Origin: Candidatus Microgenomates bacterium
GTDB lineage: Bacteria; Patescibacteriota; Microgenomatia; UBA8517
Reading direction: 5' to 3'
Length of the DNA: 64,000 nucleotides
NCBI GenBank assembly: GCA_049523135.1
Contig: JBEKNE010000001.1
Location: 18,095 to 82,094 of the forward strand
The notes beneath the pieces are model-generated. The model did not search any database and was not told the origin of the DNA. It was given only the letters and a program-made list of their open reading frames with translations. A program made the translations under genes and the position numbers. How positions within the stretch are numbered: position 1 is the stretch's first letter; every line of letters starts with the position of its first letter. This document shows, in pieces, positions 1 to 9,857 of this stretch.

Positions 1-1149
1 GGTAATTATTTTTTTAAGTTCATCGTTTACTTTTTCCTTGGTCCAGTAGTAGCCGTTAAGATTCTGCACCCATTCAAAATAGCTTACAGTCACACCTCCG
101 GAATTGCTTAAAATATCGGGGATTACATCAATTCCCTTTTCAAATAAGTAATTATCCGCCTCGCTGGTGGTTGGACCATTAGCCATTTCAAAGACGACTT
201 TTGCGGAAACTCTTTCCATATTTTGCTCCGTGATTGCATTTTCGAGTGCCGCCGGAACCAAAACCGTTACAGGAAGTTCCAAAAGTTCGGCGTTGGTAAT
301 CAGTTTGTTTCCGTTTTTGACAGGATAATTCTTGAAGGACCCGCCTTTTTCTTTAAATTCACCAAGAGCTCCAATATCCAATCCTTTAGGATTGTAAATT
401 CCAGTTGAAGAGTCCGACACCGCAACAACTTTAAATCCAAGTTCTTTAGCAATTTTAGCAAAGTAAAATCCGACGTTTCCAAACCCCTGAACCGCCACTG
501 TCGAAGTTTTGATATTAAATTTTTTGGCTTTGGCGTAAGCCTCCAAAACAAATACTCCACCCTGACCTGTAGCCTCAGTTCTTCCCAGTGAACCACCCAA
601 CTCAACGGGTTTTCCGGTAAATGTTGCCGGAGCCTGATGACCGACCTTTTTCTCATAAGCTTCAAGCATCCAGGACATAATCTGCCCATCCGTATTGACA
701 TCAGGTGCCGGAACGTCTTTCCAAGGGCCTATATAAGGAATAATTAGCTTTGCGAAAGCTATAGAAAGATCTTTAAGCTCATCCTGGTTCAATTTTGAAG
801 GATCAACAATAATTCCACCCTTACCTCCCCCGTAAGGAATGCCTGCAACAGCACATTTCAGGCTCATGAGAGTTGCCAGAGCACGGACTTCATCTTCAGA
901 TACGTTTTGGTGAAATCTTATTCCCCCCTTAAAAGGCCCTCTGGCATCATTGTGCTCGATTCTAAAGGCCTGGAAGGTCTTTTTCTTACCATTCTTACCT
1001 TTGATGAAAATCTTTCCTTTAATAACCCTCTGAGGGGTTAATATTGCCTCAATTGCCTTTTTGAATCTTTTTTTGTCGGGATAATCTTCAGAAAGAATTA
1101 AAGAAGTGTCCTTAATTTGGTTAAGCGCAGCTTCAAGCATCGTGTTCAT
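1..1149 (-). CDS. gdhA: Glu/Leu/Phe/Val (glutamate) dehydrogenase, 3' end runs off the window
   Basis: Not in the ORF track. Manual translation from ATG at 1149 gives RGPFKGGIRFH, GGGKGG, DVPAPDVNT, TGKPVELGGSLGRTEATG and FEWVQN motifs. Confidence 0.93.
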   Translation of the reverse strand, partial: MNTMLEAALNQIKDTSLILSEDYPDKKRFKKAIEAILTPQRVIKGKIFIKGKNGKKKTFQAFRIEHNDARGPFKGGIRFHQNVSEDEVRALATLMSLKCAVAGIPYGGGKGGIIVDPSKLNQDELKDLSIAFAKLIIPYIGPWKDVPAPDVNTDGQIMSWMLEAYEKKVGHQAPATFTGKPVELGGSLGRTEATGQGGVFVLEAYAKAKKFNIKTSTVAVQGFGNVGFYFAKIAKELGFKVVAVSDSSTGIYNPKGLDIGALGEFKEKGGSFKNYPVKNGNKLITNAELLELPVTVLVPAALENAITEQNMERVSAKVVFEMANGPTTSEADNYLFEKGIDVIPDILSNSGGVTVSYFEWVQNLNGYYWTKEKVNDELKKIIT

Positions 1150-1161
1150 AATGGGAAAATA

Positions 1162-1695
1162 TTACATCAAAAAACCCATTATGCAAATAAGAAAAATCAC
1201 TACGCCAAAATATGTTTCCGATTGCCGGAAGTTGAAATTTACCGGAAAAATTCCCTTCCAGTTATCCAGGTTCTTAAGTTCAGTCAAGTCTATAAGCTGA
1301 TCTACCAGAAGATGAAGCGAGAAGGAAAGCACTAAACCCTTACCGAATATTGATACGGATGAACTCATCAACCAGAAAGTCAAAGCCAAAAAAATTACCT
1401 GAAAGAAAATTGTATGAAAAATAAGTCCTTTTCTCTCACTTCTCGTTTCGTAAAGAAGTTCTATAGCTCTCCCCACTTCTTTTTTACCCAACAAAAAGTT
1501 TACTCTCTGAGAAGTCAGATCTTGCGGACTCATAAAAAAAACATAAATAAGGTGATCGATATCGGGTAAAATAACTCCCACTAGTCCCCCAAGCCAAAAA
1601 GGCCAGTAATCAAGAACCAAAAAGCCTCTGACCAAAGAAAGGGCAACAAAAAAGAAAATCCAGAAAGAAAAATGAATAAAGAGGTCTCGTCTCAT
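1162..1695 (-). CDS. membrane-bound metal-dependent hydrolase-like protein
   Basis: Hydrophobic helices with LPDIDH, FHT and HLLVD motifs typical of YdjM/DUF457-like proteins. Confidence 0.65.
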   Translation of the reverse strand: MRRDLFIHFSFWIFFFVALSLVRGFLVLDYWPFWLGGLVGVILPDIDHLIYVFFMSPQDLTSQRVNFLLGKKEVGRAIELLYETRSERKGLIFHTIFFQVIFLALTFWLMSSSVSIFGKGLVLSFSLHLLVDQLIDLTELKNLDNWKGIFPVNFNFRQSETYFGVVIFLICIMGFLM

Positions 1696-1723
1696 GGCAG
1701 TAATTTATTATATATTACTTACC

Positions 1724-1966
1724 TTAAACTTCCTCATACAAACTTGAGACGTTGTGTTTATTACAATGAAGCCGTACCAGATGTATTGGTAAAGGATCTG
1801 AAGTGGCAGGGTCTACTTTTTCAGAATTGCGGGTATCTCTCTCTTCAACAACATCTTTTCCGCACGGAAGATGAATATATCCAAACATTTCCACTCCTAA
1901 CACATTGTCTGCAGCTCTATCTTCTTCCAATCTTTTTTCAATATTTTCCAATTCCGATACAGCCAT
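1724..1966 (-). CDS. hypothetical protein
   Basis: 80-aa ORF packed in a minus-strand operon. Confidence 0.5.
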   Translation of the reverse strand: MAVSELENIEKRLEEDRAADNVLGVEMFGYIHLPCGKDVVEERDTRNSEKVDPATSDPLPIHLVRLHCNKHNVSSLYEEV

Positions 1967-1973
1967 AAAAGTA

Positions 1974-2510
1974 TTATAAACCTCGTGTCAAAAAACGGAG
2001 TTTTTTACTCTTCCACTCCTCCGCATAGCCTATACCCACTCTGGGCAGTTTTTTAATTTTCAGGTCTTTAGATTTGATACCGGTACCCTCAATCCGGATT
2101 TTTTTGCTTTCAGTCAAATCCTCACCGTAAAAAGATTTATCTATCTGCAAATACTTTGTAAGTCTTGCGGGTCCCGTTACTGTATCCAAACCTCTTATTA
2201 AAACCGCCTGCGGATCGCCTTTTTTTGACGTAACAATATTCAGCATCCAATGCATTCCATAAGTAAAATAAACATATACTAAACCCGGTTCTCCATACAT
2301 TACTTCATTCCTCTTGGTTTTTTTCCCTCCAAATGAATGACAGGCTTTATCTTTTACTCCCAAGTAAGCCTCAGTTTCGGTAATAATTCCGCTTAATTGA
2401 TCGCCAGTCGGTAAAATCCTGATTAACTTTTTTCCAAGAAGATCTTTTGCTACAACTTTAGCGTTTCTGCTGAAAAACTTTCTATTCAGTCTTTTTTGCT
2501 TTTGCTTCAT
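1974..2510 (-). CDS. mpg: DNA-3-methyladenine glycosylase (AAG/MPG family)
   Basis: IITETEAYLG, YVYFTYGMHWMLNIV, AVLIRG, GPARLT, PRVGI motifs. Confidence 0.93.
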   Translation of the reverse strand: MKQKQKRLNRKFFSRNAKVVAKDLLGKKLIRILPTGDQLSGIITETEAYLGVKDKACHSFGGKKTKRNEVMYGEPGLVYVYFTYGMHWMLNIVTSKKGDPQAVLIRGLDTVTGPARLTKYLQIDKSFYGEDLTESKKIRIEGTGIKSKDLKIKKLPRVGIGYAEEWKSKKLRFLTRGL

Positions 2511-2763
2511 TTTTCAATTGCGATAGTTTCCACATAAATAGTCTCCCTTTAGATTTTGCATTTGTAGCATCTTTAACAAAACTTCTGGCACGCTCAAGTA
2601 AAATTCTCGGAGTTTCTTTGGCAAGTTTCATATAAAGAGATTTATGAGGTAAATCGTTTAGTTCCACAGCGAGGTCGTAAGCATATTTTTGAAACTCGCG
2701 GGAAACGTATTTGTCAGTATCGTCTAATTTGTATTTTTGGATAATGTCGCCAATTTTTTGCAT
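2482..2763 (-). CDS. hypothetical protein
   Basis: 93-aa ORF overlapping both neighbours in the operon. Confidence 0.7.
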   Translation of the reverse strand: MQKIGDIIQKYKLDDTDKYVSREFQKYAYDLAVELNDLPHKSLYMKLAKETPRILLERARSFVKDATNAKSKGRLFMWKLSQLKNEAKAKKTE

Positions 2764-3209
2764 ACTTCGCTTATAACACCATCTATAATCTTTTTTTCAT
2801 CATCTGTGAAGTCTTGAAGCACATATTCTTCGCCACTGATATTTGAATCAGTGGCTCTATTCTCAATTCCCACTCTCACTCTCCAAAAATCCTTGGTTCC
2901 CAATTCCTGTTCAACGGAATTAACTCCATTATGAATCTTGGGTCCAATTCCAAATTGAATTTTAAAAGAACCCAGAGGGATGTCCAAATCATCATGGATA
3001 ATGTATAGATCTGAGGGATCGAGTTTATATTTTTCAATCAGGTTTTTGACAAAACTACCCGATTCATTCATATAAACACTTGTTTTTTTAACTACAAAAC
3101 TCTGCGGAGGTTTCATTTTTTGAAACTCTTCCACAACATCGTGTCCAACATTATGTCTTGAGGCAAAATACTTCTCCTCGGGGTTACCCAGTCCTACTAT
3201 TAATTTCAT
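2724..3209 (-). CDS. pth: peptidyl-tRNA hydrolase
   Basis: LIVGLGNP, RHNVG, YMNESG, HDDLD, HNGV, RVRVGI motifs. Confidence 0.95.
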   Translation of the reverse strand: MKLIVGLGNPEEKYFASRHNVGHDVVEEFQKMKPPQSFVVKKTSVYMNESGSFVKNLIEKYKLDPSDLYIIHDDLDIPLGSFKIQFGIGPKIHNGVNSVEQELGTKDFWRVRVGIENRATDSNISGEEYVLQDFTDDEKKIIDGVISEVCKKLATLSKNTN

Positions 3210-3214
3210 AAAAC

Positions 3215-3535
3215 TTAAACTTTCTTAAGTAGATTCCTGGAAACCTTACCAAGGACCGGTACCTCCCACTCTTCTCCCTGCCATGCCTTATAAATTAAAA
3301 TTAGCCAAAGAACAAAACCAACAAGACCAATTATTGCTGACAAAGGAAAGAGAATAATTGTTATCCCCAAAGCCCACTGAAGTACAAAAAGGATAACAAA
3401 TACTACTGTTGATTGCATTGCATGGAACCTGACAAACGGATCCTTTTCAATAACCAAGAAAAGAATTCCGGTTATCGGACCTAATACGTAAGCAAGTGCG
3501 CCGGCTGTAGTTTTTTTCAAACCTGTTTCTGCCAT
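3215..3535 (-). CDS. DUF4870-like membrane protein
   Basis: ALAY...FVRFHAMQS...KAWQGE..VPVLG pattern with 3 TM helices. Confidence 0.75.
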   Translation of the reverse strand: MAETGLKKTTAGALAYVLGPITGILFLVIEKDPFVRFHAMQSTVVFVILFVLQWALGITIILFPLSAIIGLVGFVLWLILIYKAWQGEEWEVPVLGKVSRNLLKKV

Positions 3536-3593
3536 TAATAATCACCCTCTTTCTAGTAATTTCATTTTTTCACACAACTCCCACTCAGGTCAA

Positions 3594-5282
3594 CTAGGAA
3601 GATTTCTGTAGCCTGAAAAGATCATGGAGTTCTTTCAAGGTTGTTGCACCCTCTGCACTTTTATCGTCTCTGAATTTAATCAAACGGGGAAATCTCAAAG
3701 CTAATCCGGCCGTATGCTTTGGGCTTACTGTTATTTCATCCGCCGCAAGTTCAACTACAACTTCCGGCTCAACCCAAAAATCGGGATGCAAATCACGATT
3801 TACATCATATTCTTTGGGCTTTTCCTTTACTTGTAATTTTGCCAAACGCTTTTTCAATTCCCTAAATTGTTCATCCGTTAAACCTGTCCCAACTTTTGTA
3901 ACGGTCTTAAAAGTATCTCCGTCCTTTACTCCAGCCAAAAATTGTCCCATTCCAAACCCAACTCTTTTTCCTTTACCTACCGTATAACCCATGATTACGC
4001 AGTCGATTGTGTCGGATAGTTTTCCCCGCTTCCCCTCAACTTCTTTCATCTTGACCCAGTTCCACCCAGTGCGTCCGCTTACATAACCGGCATTTGCTTT
4101 TTTAACAACAACTCCCTCGAGTCCCATCCCCAGATATTTCCGATGAAGCTTCTTTATTATTTCCGGATCTTTTGTAACAGTATTTTCATCAACTCTTAGG
4201 ACATTTCCGCTTTCAACAACTTTCTTAAGTATCTCGCGTCTTTCAATATATGGAGTATCTATCAGGCTTTTACCGTTAAAAAGAAGTATGTCAAAAACCT
4301 GAAATTGAAGCGGAATTTCACTCGCATTCTTGGCAATCTCGTGTTTCCGCCTTCTTTGAATTGTTTTTTGAAAATCCAAAAACATCTCACGCTTAGAGTC
4401 AACTCCGATAGCTTCGGAATCCAATATCGCCTCATCTGCATGAATAAATTTACCAACCTCTTTCAATTCCGGAAAAGTATCCAGAGGAATTGCATTCATA
4501 TTTCTGGTAAAAATCTTAATTTCATTAGGTTTTTTAAAGTGGATAAAAATCCTAAGTCCGTCAAATTTCGGTTCCACAGAAACCTCACCCATTTTTTTAA
4601 TCATTTCGGTTATGGAGTTGAGACGGGCTGCAAGCATTGGAACTACCGGCACCCCAACAACGGGTTTTGCAGCTTTCAAATTACCTTCTTTAACCAGTTT
4701 TGCAATATAGCCGATATCGGGTCTGATGTTATATGCTTCCTCAATATCTTTAGATGAAAAATGACTCATAGAGGATAAGGCGTCAATTACGGTCTTTTCC
4801 GAAAAACCAAGCCTGAGGCGCCCTACCGGAATCCGAGAAACAAAACGGACAGACAGCGGATCTAAACTTTTAAGAAGATTCGCAGTTTTTTCCACTTTTC
4901 TTTCCTGACTGCCTTCACCGTTATCCGCTGCAATTTCCAAAAGCTTCTCGTAAACATCCGTAACGGATTTATTATCCCCTCTTCCTGATGCTAGCTTTTG
5001 GGCAGTGTCGCCAACATCGCCTGACTTTTTATATTCGGACTTGACTCTGTCTTCAGGCAAATCATAAGTCTTTGCCAAAACCCTAATCATCATTTTTTCC
5101 GCCAAATTAAGAATTACTCCTTCGTAATTCGGCGCCAAAATTCCAAGAGAAAGATAAGTAACTTTATCTATTTCGGAGGCTGGGGTTTTACCAAAAAGCT
5201 CCGATAAAATCCGCGTTATTTCAAGCCTGCTTGAAGTCTTTTCCAATCTTTCCAAATATGAAGCCAGTTCCTTAAATTGCAT
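3594..5282 (-). CDS. lig: ATP-dependent DNA ligase
   Basis: EPKFDGLR adenylation motif, EGVVVK, WVKMK and LRFPR motifs; N-terminal DNA-binding domain. Confidence 0.95.
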   Translation of the reverse strand: MQFKELASYLERLEKTSSRLEITRILSELFGKTPASEIDKVTYLSLGILAPNYEGVILNLAEKMMIRVLAKTYDLPEDRVKSEYKKSGDVGDTAQKLASGRGDNKSVTDVYEKLLEIAADNGEGSQERKVEKTANLLKSLDPLSVRFVSRIPVGRLRLGFSEKTVIDALSSMSHFSSKDIEEAYNIRPDIGYIAKLVKEGNLKAAKPVVGVPVVPMLAARLNSITEMIKKMGEVSVEPKFDGLRIFIHFKKPNEIKIFTRNMNAIPLDTFPELKEVGKFIHADEAILDSEAIGVDSKREMFLDFQKTIQRRRKHEIAKNASEIPLQFQVFDILLFNGKSLIDTPYIERREILKKVVESGNVLRVDENTVTKDPEIIKKLHRKYLGMGLEGVVVKKANAGYVSGRTGWNWVKMKEVEGKRGKLSDTIDCVIMGYTVGKGKRVGFGMGQFLAGVKDGDTFKTVTKVGTGLTDEQFRELKKRLAKLQVKEKPKEYDVNRDLHPDFWVEPEVVVELAADEITVSPKHTAGLALRFPRLIKFRDDKSAEGATTLKELHDLFRLQKSS

Positions 5283-5305
5283 ACCCTATTATATATCGGA
5301 TTTTA

Positions 5306-6370
5306 CTACTTTCCTGCCAGGACGTATTTTGAAGCTTTTGTACTCCCCTCTTTCTTAATTATTCCTTTTTCCATCAGATCTCTGATTTCCCTGAGAATTG
5401 TATCTTCCGAAACCATTGGTAAAACTTTTTTAAGTTCATTCATTCCTCCTGAGCCCTGATCCGAAATGTACTCAATAAGACGCATCTGACGCTCGGTAAG
5501 AGCAACTTGCTCGCCAAATTTAACTTTAAGACGGGAGTCAACTGAAAGCTTCCTGACTTTATCTTTGATTTTGGTTAGCTCTATCGCCACAACCCCAGTA
5601 AAATATTCAAGCCACGGAGTAACTTCTCTTGCACCCAAGTTTGGAGACTGTTGGTCAACTTCACCCAGTGCCGCATAATAAGAAGCTGGGTCATCGTCAA
5701 AGTGTTCCTCAAGAGAAAAGAATTTTTTAATATCATAGCCCTCTCTCATTAAAATAAGTGTTGAGAAAGCTCTGACAGTTCTGCCATTTCCTTCGACAAA
5801 CGGATGGATTGCCACAAGAATATAGTGCGCTATTCCGGCTCTTATAATCGGGTGAATTTCGCGCGCCGAAGGGTCATTAAGCCATTCAAAGAAATCATCC
5901 AGAAGATATGGAACTTCATGGAATGGAGGCGGCTGGAAAATAATTTTTCCGGTTCCTTCTTCTTTAATCACTACCTCTGTAGTTCTAAAAACTCCAACTT
6001 TTTCCGGCATAACAATCCTATCAACCGTAAGCCTATGGATATCCTTAAGCATCTCAGGCTCATATCCTCCCCTTTTAACAGCCAGTTCGTCGAGAAGAGT
6101 CATTACATTTCGGTAATTTATGACCTCTTGAATATCGCGTGCCCTTGCATAAACTTCAGCTCCTTCCAATATTTTTTTAGTTTGATAAAGAGTTAAATCG
6201 TTTCCTTCAATATGGGTTCCGTGATGAATTGTACGAACTTGAGCATCGGATTGAAACTGCTTGGCAAAAGAAGGAACCAATGGAGCATTTTCAATAACTT
6301 CCTTACTGGCCTCAATTGAGCCAATATTCTTGAGAATTTTATTACTGATTACATATTTAGGAGCATACAT
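5306..6370 (-). CDS. Fic family protein with C-terminal wHTH
   Basis: Canonical HPFVEGNGRTVR Fic motif and N-terminal THIEGN inhibitory-type motif. Confidence 0.92.
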   Translation of the reverse strand: MYAPKYVISNKILKNIGSIEASKEVIENAPLVPSFAKQFQSDAQVRTIHHGTHIEGNDLTLYQTKKILEGAEVYARARDIQEVINYRNVMTLLDELAVKRGGYEPEMLKDIHRLTVDRIVMPEKVGVFRTTEVVIKEEGTGKIIFQPPPFHEVPYLLDDFFEWLNDPSAREIHPIIRAGIAHYILVAIHPFVEGNGRTVRAFSTLILMREGYDIKKFFSLEEHFDDDPASYYAALGEVDQQSPNLGAREVTPWLEYFTGVVAIELTKIKDKVRKLSVDSRLKVKFGEQVALTERQMRLIEYISDQGSGGMNELKKVLPMVSEDTILREIRDLMEKGIIKKEGSTKASKYVLAGK

Positions 6371-6414
6371 ACTAGTTTATATTAACGCATATTTTGCGGA
6401 AAAAACAATAGCAA

Positions 6415-7245
6415 TTAATCCTGTTTCAGAAGTTCGGGGATTTTGCGGGCTAAATCATCGGCACTGTAAAAAGTACCGACTTTTTCGTATAGCTTGTCTG
6501 CCGCTTCTTTGACTATAAAAGCCGCCGAGGAGGCTGCCAAAAAAGGATCATTCTTTGTCAAAAGCGCAACAGTAAGACCCGCCTGAACATCCCCCGTTCC
6601 TCCTTTGGTCAGCCCCGCATTTCCACCGGCAACGTCAATACAATTATTTGGTGAGCAAACGCGGGCTAGTTGATCTTTCAACACAATCACGCAATTATAT
6701 TTTTCTGCCGCTTTTTCCGGATTCAACTCCCCAAAAAGCATTTTGTATTCCCGCTTATTGGGGGTTAGGATTGCCATATTTGGTATCCAGATAGGATCAA
6801 GAACCTGAAGACTTCCGGCATCAATTACCCATTTTTTCTCCGGAAACTTTTTTAGAAAATCTTCCGTAATGTTTTTTGTTTTTGTTCCTTCGTTATCTAA
6901 TCTCTCGCCCTTCGTTTTTTCCTCTTCACTTTTATATCTCATCATTCCGGATCCGATCAAAACAGCATCGGACTTTCTGATATAATCCTCCGTTTCTTCC
7001 CAAGGAACCCAAATAAAGGAAAAAAGTTTTGATTTTACTTGATCGGCAACCGCGCCTACGCTTGGTTCCGGCGACGCAAAAAAAACCATATCAACAATTC
7101 TTGAAGCAGTTGTCAGAGCAAAAAGTGGAGCACCATGGAAAAGTTTGGATCCGCCGATAATAGTTACCCTCCCGTTTTGACCTTTTGAAGAATTCGGAGA
7201 AGGTATGTAAAGCTTTTTGAGAAAACCGGTATCAAAAACATCCAT
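6415..7245 (-). CDS. nnrD: ADP-dependent NAD(P)H-hydrate dehydratase
   Basis: KGQNGRVTIIGGS, GAP, VIDAG, LTPN..E, GGTGDV motifs (YjeF C-terminal). Confidence 0.88.
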   Translation of the reverse strand: MDVFDTGFLKKLYIPSPNSSKGQNGRVTIIGGSKLFHGAPLFALTTASRIVDMVFFASPEPSVGAVADQVKSKLFSFIWVPWEETEDYIRKSDAVLIGSGMMRYKSEEEKTKGERLDNEGTKTKNITEDFLKKFPEKKWVIDAGSLQVLDPIWIPNMAILTPNKREYKMLFGELNPEKAAEKYNCVIVLKDQLARVCSPNNCIDVAGGNAGLTKGGTGDVQAGLTVALLTKNDPFLAASSAAFIVKEAADKLYEKVGTFYSADDLARKIPELLKQD

Positions 7246-7254
7246 ATAAAGAAG

Positions 7255-7458
7255 TTAATCGTGACCTATCTTATCTTTTTCCGGAACGCCTCCCTCGGGA
7301 CTCCCTGCCGCCTCAAACTCTTCCGCGGCTTTTTTAATTGCGGCGCTCATTTTATCATTCGCCATTTTTTCTTTTAATTTATTCTTAAAATATTCCATCC
7401 GTTCCCCATATGGAAGTTTATTGATATCCAACTCGTCTGCTTTTTCACTCATAACCAA
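7255..7458 (-). CDS. hypothetical protein
   Basis: Short ORF filling the gap between recF and nnrD. Confidence 0.5.
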   Translation of the reverse strand: MVMSEKADELDINKLPYGERMEYFKNKLKEKMANDKMSAAIKKAAEEFEAAGSPEGGVPEKDKIGHD

Positions 7459-7467
7459 ATATTATTC

Positions 7468-8538
7468 TTAAAGTCTTATTTTTTCAACCTTTTTAAAACC
7501 TGTAATGTGTTCATCTGTTGTTGTAATTATTGTCTGCTGACTATCGACGACTCCTATCACAATTTTTCTATGTCTTTCATCCAGTTCCGAAAAAATATCA
7601 TCAAGAAGAAGCGTCGGGCGCTCGCCGCTGACACTTTCCACAAAAGAAAGTTCCGCCATTTTCAGCCACAAAACCCCCATCCTCTGCTCCCCGCGGCTGC
7701 CGAAACTGGATAGATCCCTCTCAATTTTGAATTTTTTATTTTTAATCCTAAAAAGCATATCATCCCTGTGGGGACCCACCAAAGTTGTTGCCGCAGCAAC
7801 TTCTTCTTCTTTGTAATCCTCAAGACGTCCTTCCGAAATAATCGATTTGTCATACTCCAAACTGTAAATTGTAGAACCAAGTGCCTCCCGGGAATTAATA
7901 TATTCAATTAATTCTTCTCTTTTCCCTGAAATATAATCTCCGTTCTTAATCAAAAGCTGATTCCAAAAAACAAGCTGTCCGGTGGAAATCATTCCCTCGC
8001 GGATTTTATATAAAAGTCTGTTTCTCTGACGAAGTCCTTTTTCATAGGAGAGAATACTTCTTCTATATTCCCTGTCGGTTTGACTTAAAACCGTATCCAG
8101 AAATCTCCTTCTCAAACTGGGAGATGTTGTTACCAAATCAAGATCCCAGGGTCCAAAAATTACAACCTTGAAACTTCCGGCAAAGTCTACCAGTCTTTTC
8201 GGAAGTCCATCCTTGGTAAGTCTTTTTTTGGCAACTTTTTCAGGATGATCACTTCCTATATCAATTAGTCCTCTGGTCAAAGTAACTTCAAGGTCGCTTA
8301 TTTGCCCGTCATATTTAATTCTGGCTTTAACTCTTCCGATATCCTTCCCATAATTAATCATTTCCTGCTCCACTTTAGCCTTGAAACTTTTCCCTGTAGC
8401 AAGAAGTTGCAAAGACTCCAGTATGTTGGTTTTCCCGGAACCGTTCGGGCCGGTTATCACATTTATTCCAGGATTAAACTCAATGAGTTTTTTTCCGAAG
8501 TTTCGGAAGTCTGAGAGCCTTAACTTTAATATCTGCAT
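7468..8538 (-). CDS. recF: DNA replication/repair protein RecF
   Basis: FRN, GPNGSGKTNILE Walker A, GPHRDD, GSRGEQR, LLLDDIFSELD. Confidence 0.95.
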   Translation of the reverse strand: MQILKLRLSDFRNFGKKLIEFNPGINVITGPNGSGKTNILESLQLLATGKSFKAKVEQEMINYGKDIGRVKARIKYDGQISDLEVTLTRGLIDIGSDHPEKVAKKRLTKDGLPKRLVDFAGSFKVVIFGPWDLDLVTTSPSLRRRFLDTVLSQTDREYRRSILSYEKGLRQRNRLLYKIREGMISTGQLVFWNQLLIKNGDYISGKREELIEYINSREALGSTIYSLEYDKSIISEGRLEDYKEEEVAAATTLVGPHRDDMLFRIKNKKFKIERDLSSFGSRGEQRMGVLWLKMAELSFVESVSGERPTLLLDDIFSELDERHRKIVIGVVDSQQTIITTTDEHITGFKKVEKIRL

Positions 8539-8986
8539 TGGCCAGCCAGTATAATATGCCTCCGACTATAAATCTAGGATAATACTCAAGAGGAATTCCA
8601 AGCCATGGCTCCTGACGATACCATCTGGCTCTTTTCGGAGTAAAGTTCTGCCAACCGTATGCGGGGTTAACCAAAAACCATAAAATTCCTTCAAAAGTTG
8701 TAAAGAAAACATAAAATGAAAGAAGCAAAAATTCTTTTTTTGGAGTCCACTCCGTAAAAAAGAAAGCAAAATGAGGAAGCGTTAAAAGTAAAATCCAAAG
8801 GTAAAGGTGGTAACCTGTCAAAGGCTTGCCGGCATAACCAAACATTCCGAAAAATGAAAACGGAAGAATTTTTCGCCAGGTAGGAAGAGCCGCCGCCCAG
8901 CCCATACGGCCCTCAATCTGAACTTCCAAAAGGGCCATTATAAAGGCAACAAAAAGTGTAAATGCAAAAAACTTTACGTGTTTCAT
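8480..8986 (-). CDS. hypothetical membrane protein (likely start MKHVKFF)
   Basis: Multi-TM ORF; start chosen to avoid overlap with mutM. Confidence 0.65.
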   Translation of the reverse strand: MKHVKFFAFTLFVAFIMALLEVQIEGRMGWAAALPTWRKILPFSFFGMFGYAGKPLTGYHLYLWILLLTLPHFAFFFTEWTPKKEFLLLSFYVFFTTFEGILWFLVNPAYGWQNFTPKRARWYRQEPWLGIPLEYYPRFIVGGILYWLANADIKVKALRLPKLRKKTH

Positions 8987-9008
8987 TAAATTAGCATACC
9001 AATCGGAA

Positions 9009-9857
9009 TTATTTTTGGCAAATCGGACAAAAGTAAGTTCCCCGCCCGCCAAGAAAGAATTTTTTAATTGTAGCTTTATGACATCTTTCGCAAGGTTCAC
9101 CTATATGTCCATAGACCAAAGTATGATTTTGATATTCCCCTTCCTCTCCATCAGGTGTAACAAATGCCAGCTCGCTCGCTCCACCATATTTTATCCCCGC
9201 TTTCAATACTGACAAAATCGCATCATATAAATTTTTAACTTCTTTTTCTCCCAAACTGTCCGCTTTCTTTTTCGGATTAATACCCGCCAGCCAGAGAGCA
9301 TCATTCGCATAAATATTCCCCACCCCCCCCATTTTGGTCTGGTCCATCAAAACTATTTTGACGGGGCGTCCCGAGCCGGAAAGAATTTCCTTAAACTTTT
9401 CCAAGGTTAAATCTTTAAACGGTTCCGGACCCAATTTACTTATAAACTTTTCTTTTTCAACATCAGGAGTTTTTTCGATCCTGATCCAGCCAAAACGCCT
9501 GACATCGTTGTAGTAAAGCTCCCCACCGCGGTCAAGATTAAAAATAACTAAGGTGTGTGGACCCGGAATGCCTCCTGTAACTTTTGGGGATAAAGCTTTG
9601 GGGTTTTTAAGATTCGGACCCCTATAAATATATTGCCCGGTAAGTTTTACATGAGTCAAAATTGAGTAGTCGTTATTTAAATCTATTACTGAAACCTTGC
9701 CAAACCGCCTTGTACCAGTAACTTTTCCGCCAACAATTTTACCTTCATCTCCCTGAAAAGTTTTGCGGTTTCTAACCTCAACAGAAATGATTTTGTGCCC
9801 CGTAAGGTACTTTTCTAGTTGAAGCCTCATGGTCTCTACTTCTGGTAATTCAGGCAT
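9009..9857 (-). CDS. mutM: formamidopyrimidine-DNA glycosylase
   Basis: N-terminal MPELPEVE, GVGNIYANDAL and C-terminal Zn finger GRGTYFCPICQ. Confidence 0.96.
   Translation of the reverse strand: MPELPEVETMRLQLEKYLTGHKIISVEVRNRKTFQGDEGKIVGGKVTGTRRFGKVSVIDLNNDYSILTHVKLTGQYIYRGPNLKNPKALSPKVTGGIPGPHTLVIFNLDRGGELYYNDVRRFGWIRIEKTPDVEKEKFISKLGPEPFKDLTLEKFKEILSGSGRPVKIVLMDQTKMGGVGNIYANDALWLAGINPKKKADSLGEKEVKNLYDAILSVLKAGIKYGGASELAFVTPDGEEGEYQNHTLVYGHIGEPCERCHKATIKKFFLGGRGTYFCPICQK

Noticed and set aside
223-701. ORF-track ORFs 223-408 and 300-701
   Set aside because: Shadow frames of gdhA, which the track missed because its stop lies outside the window.
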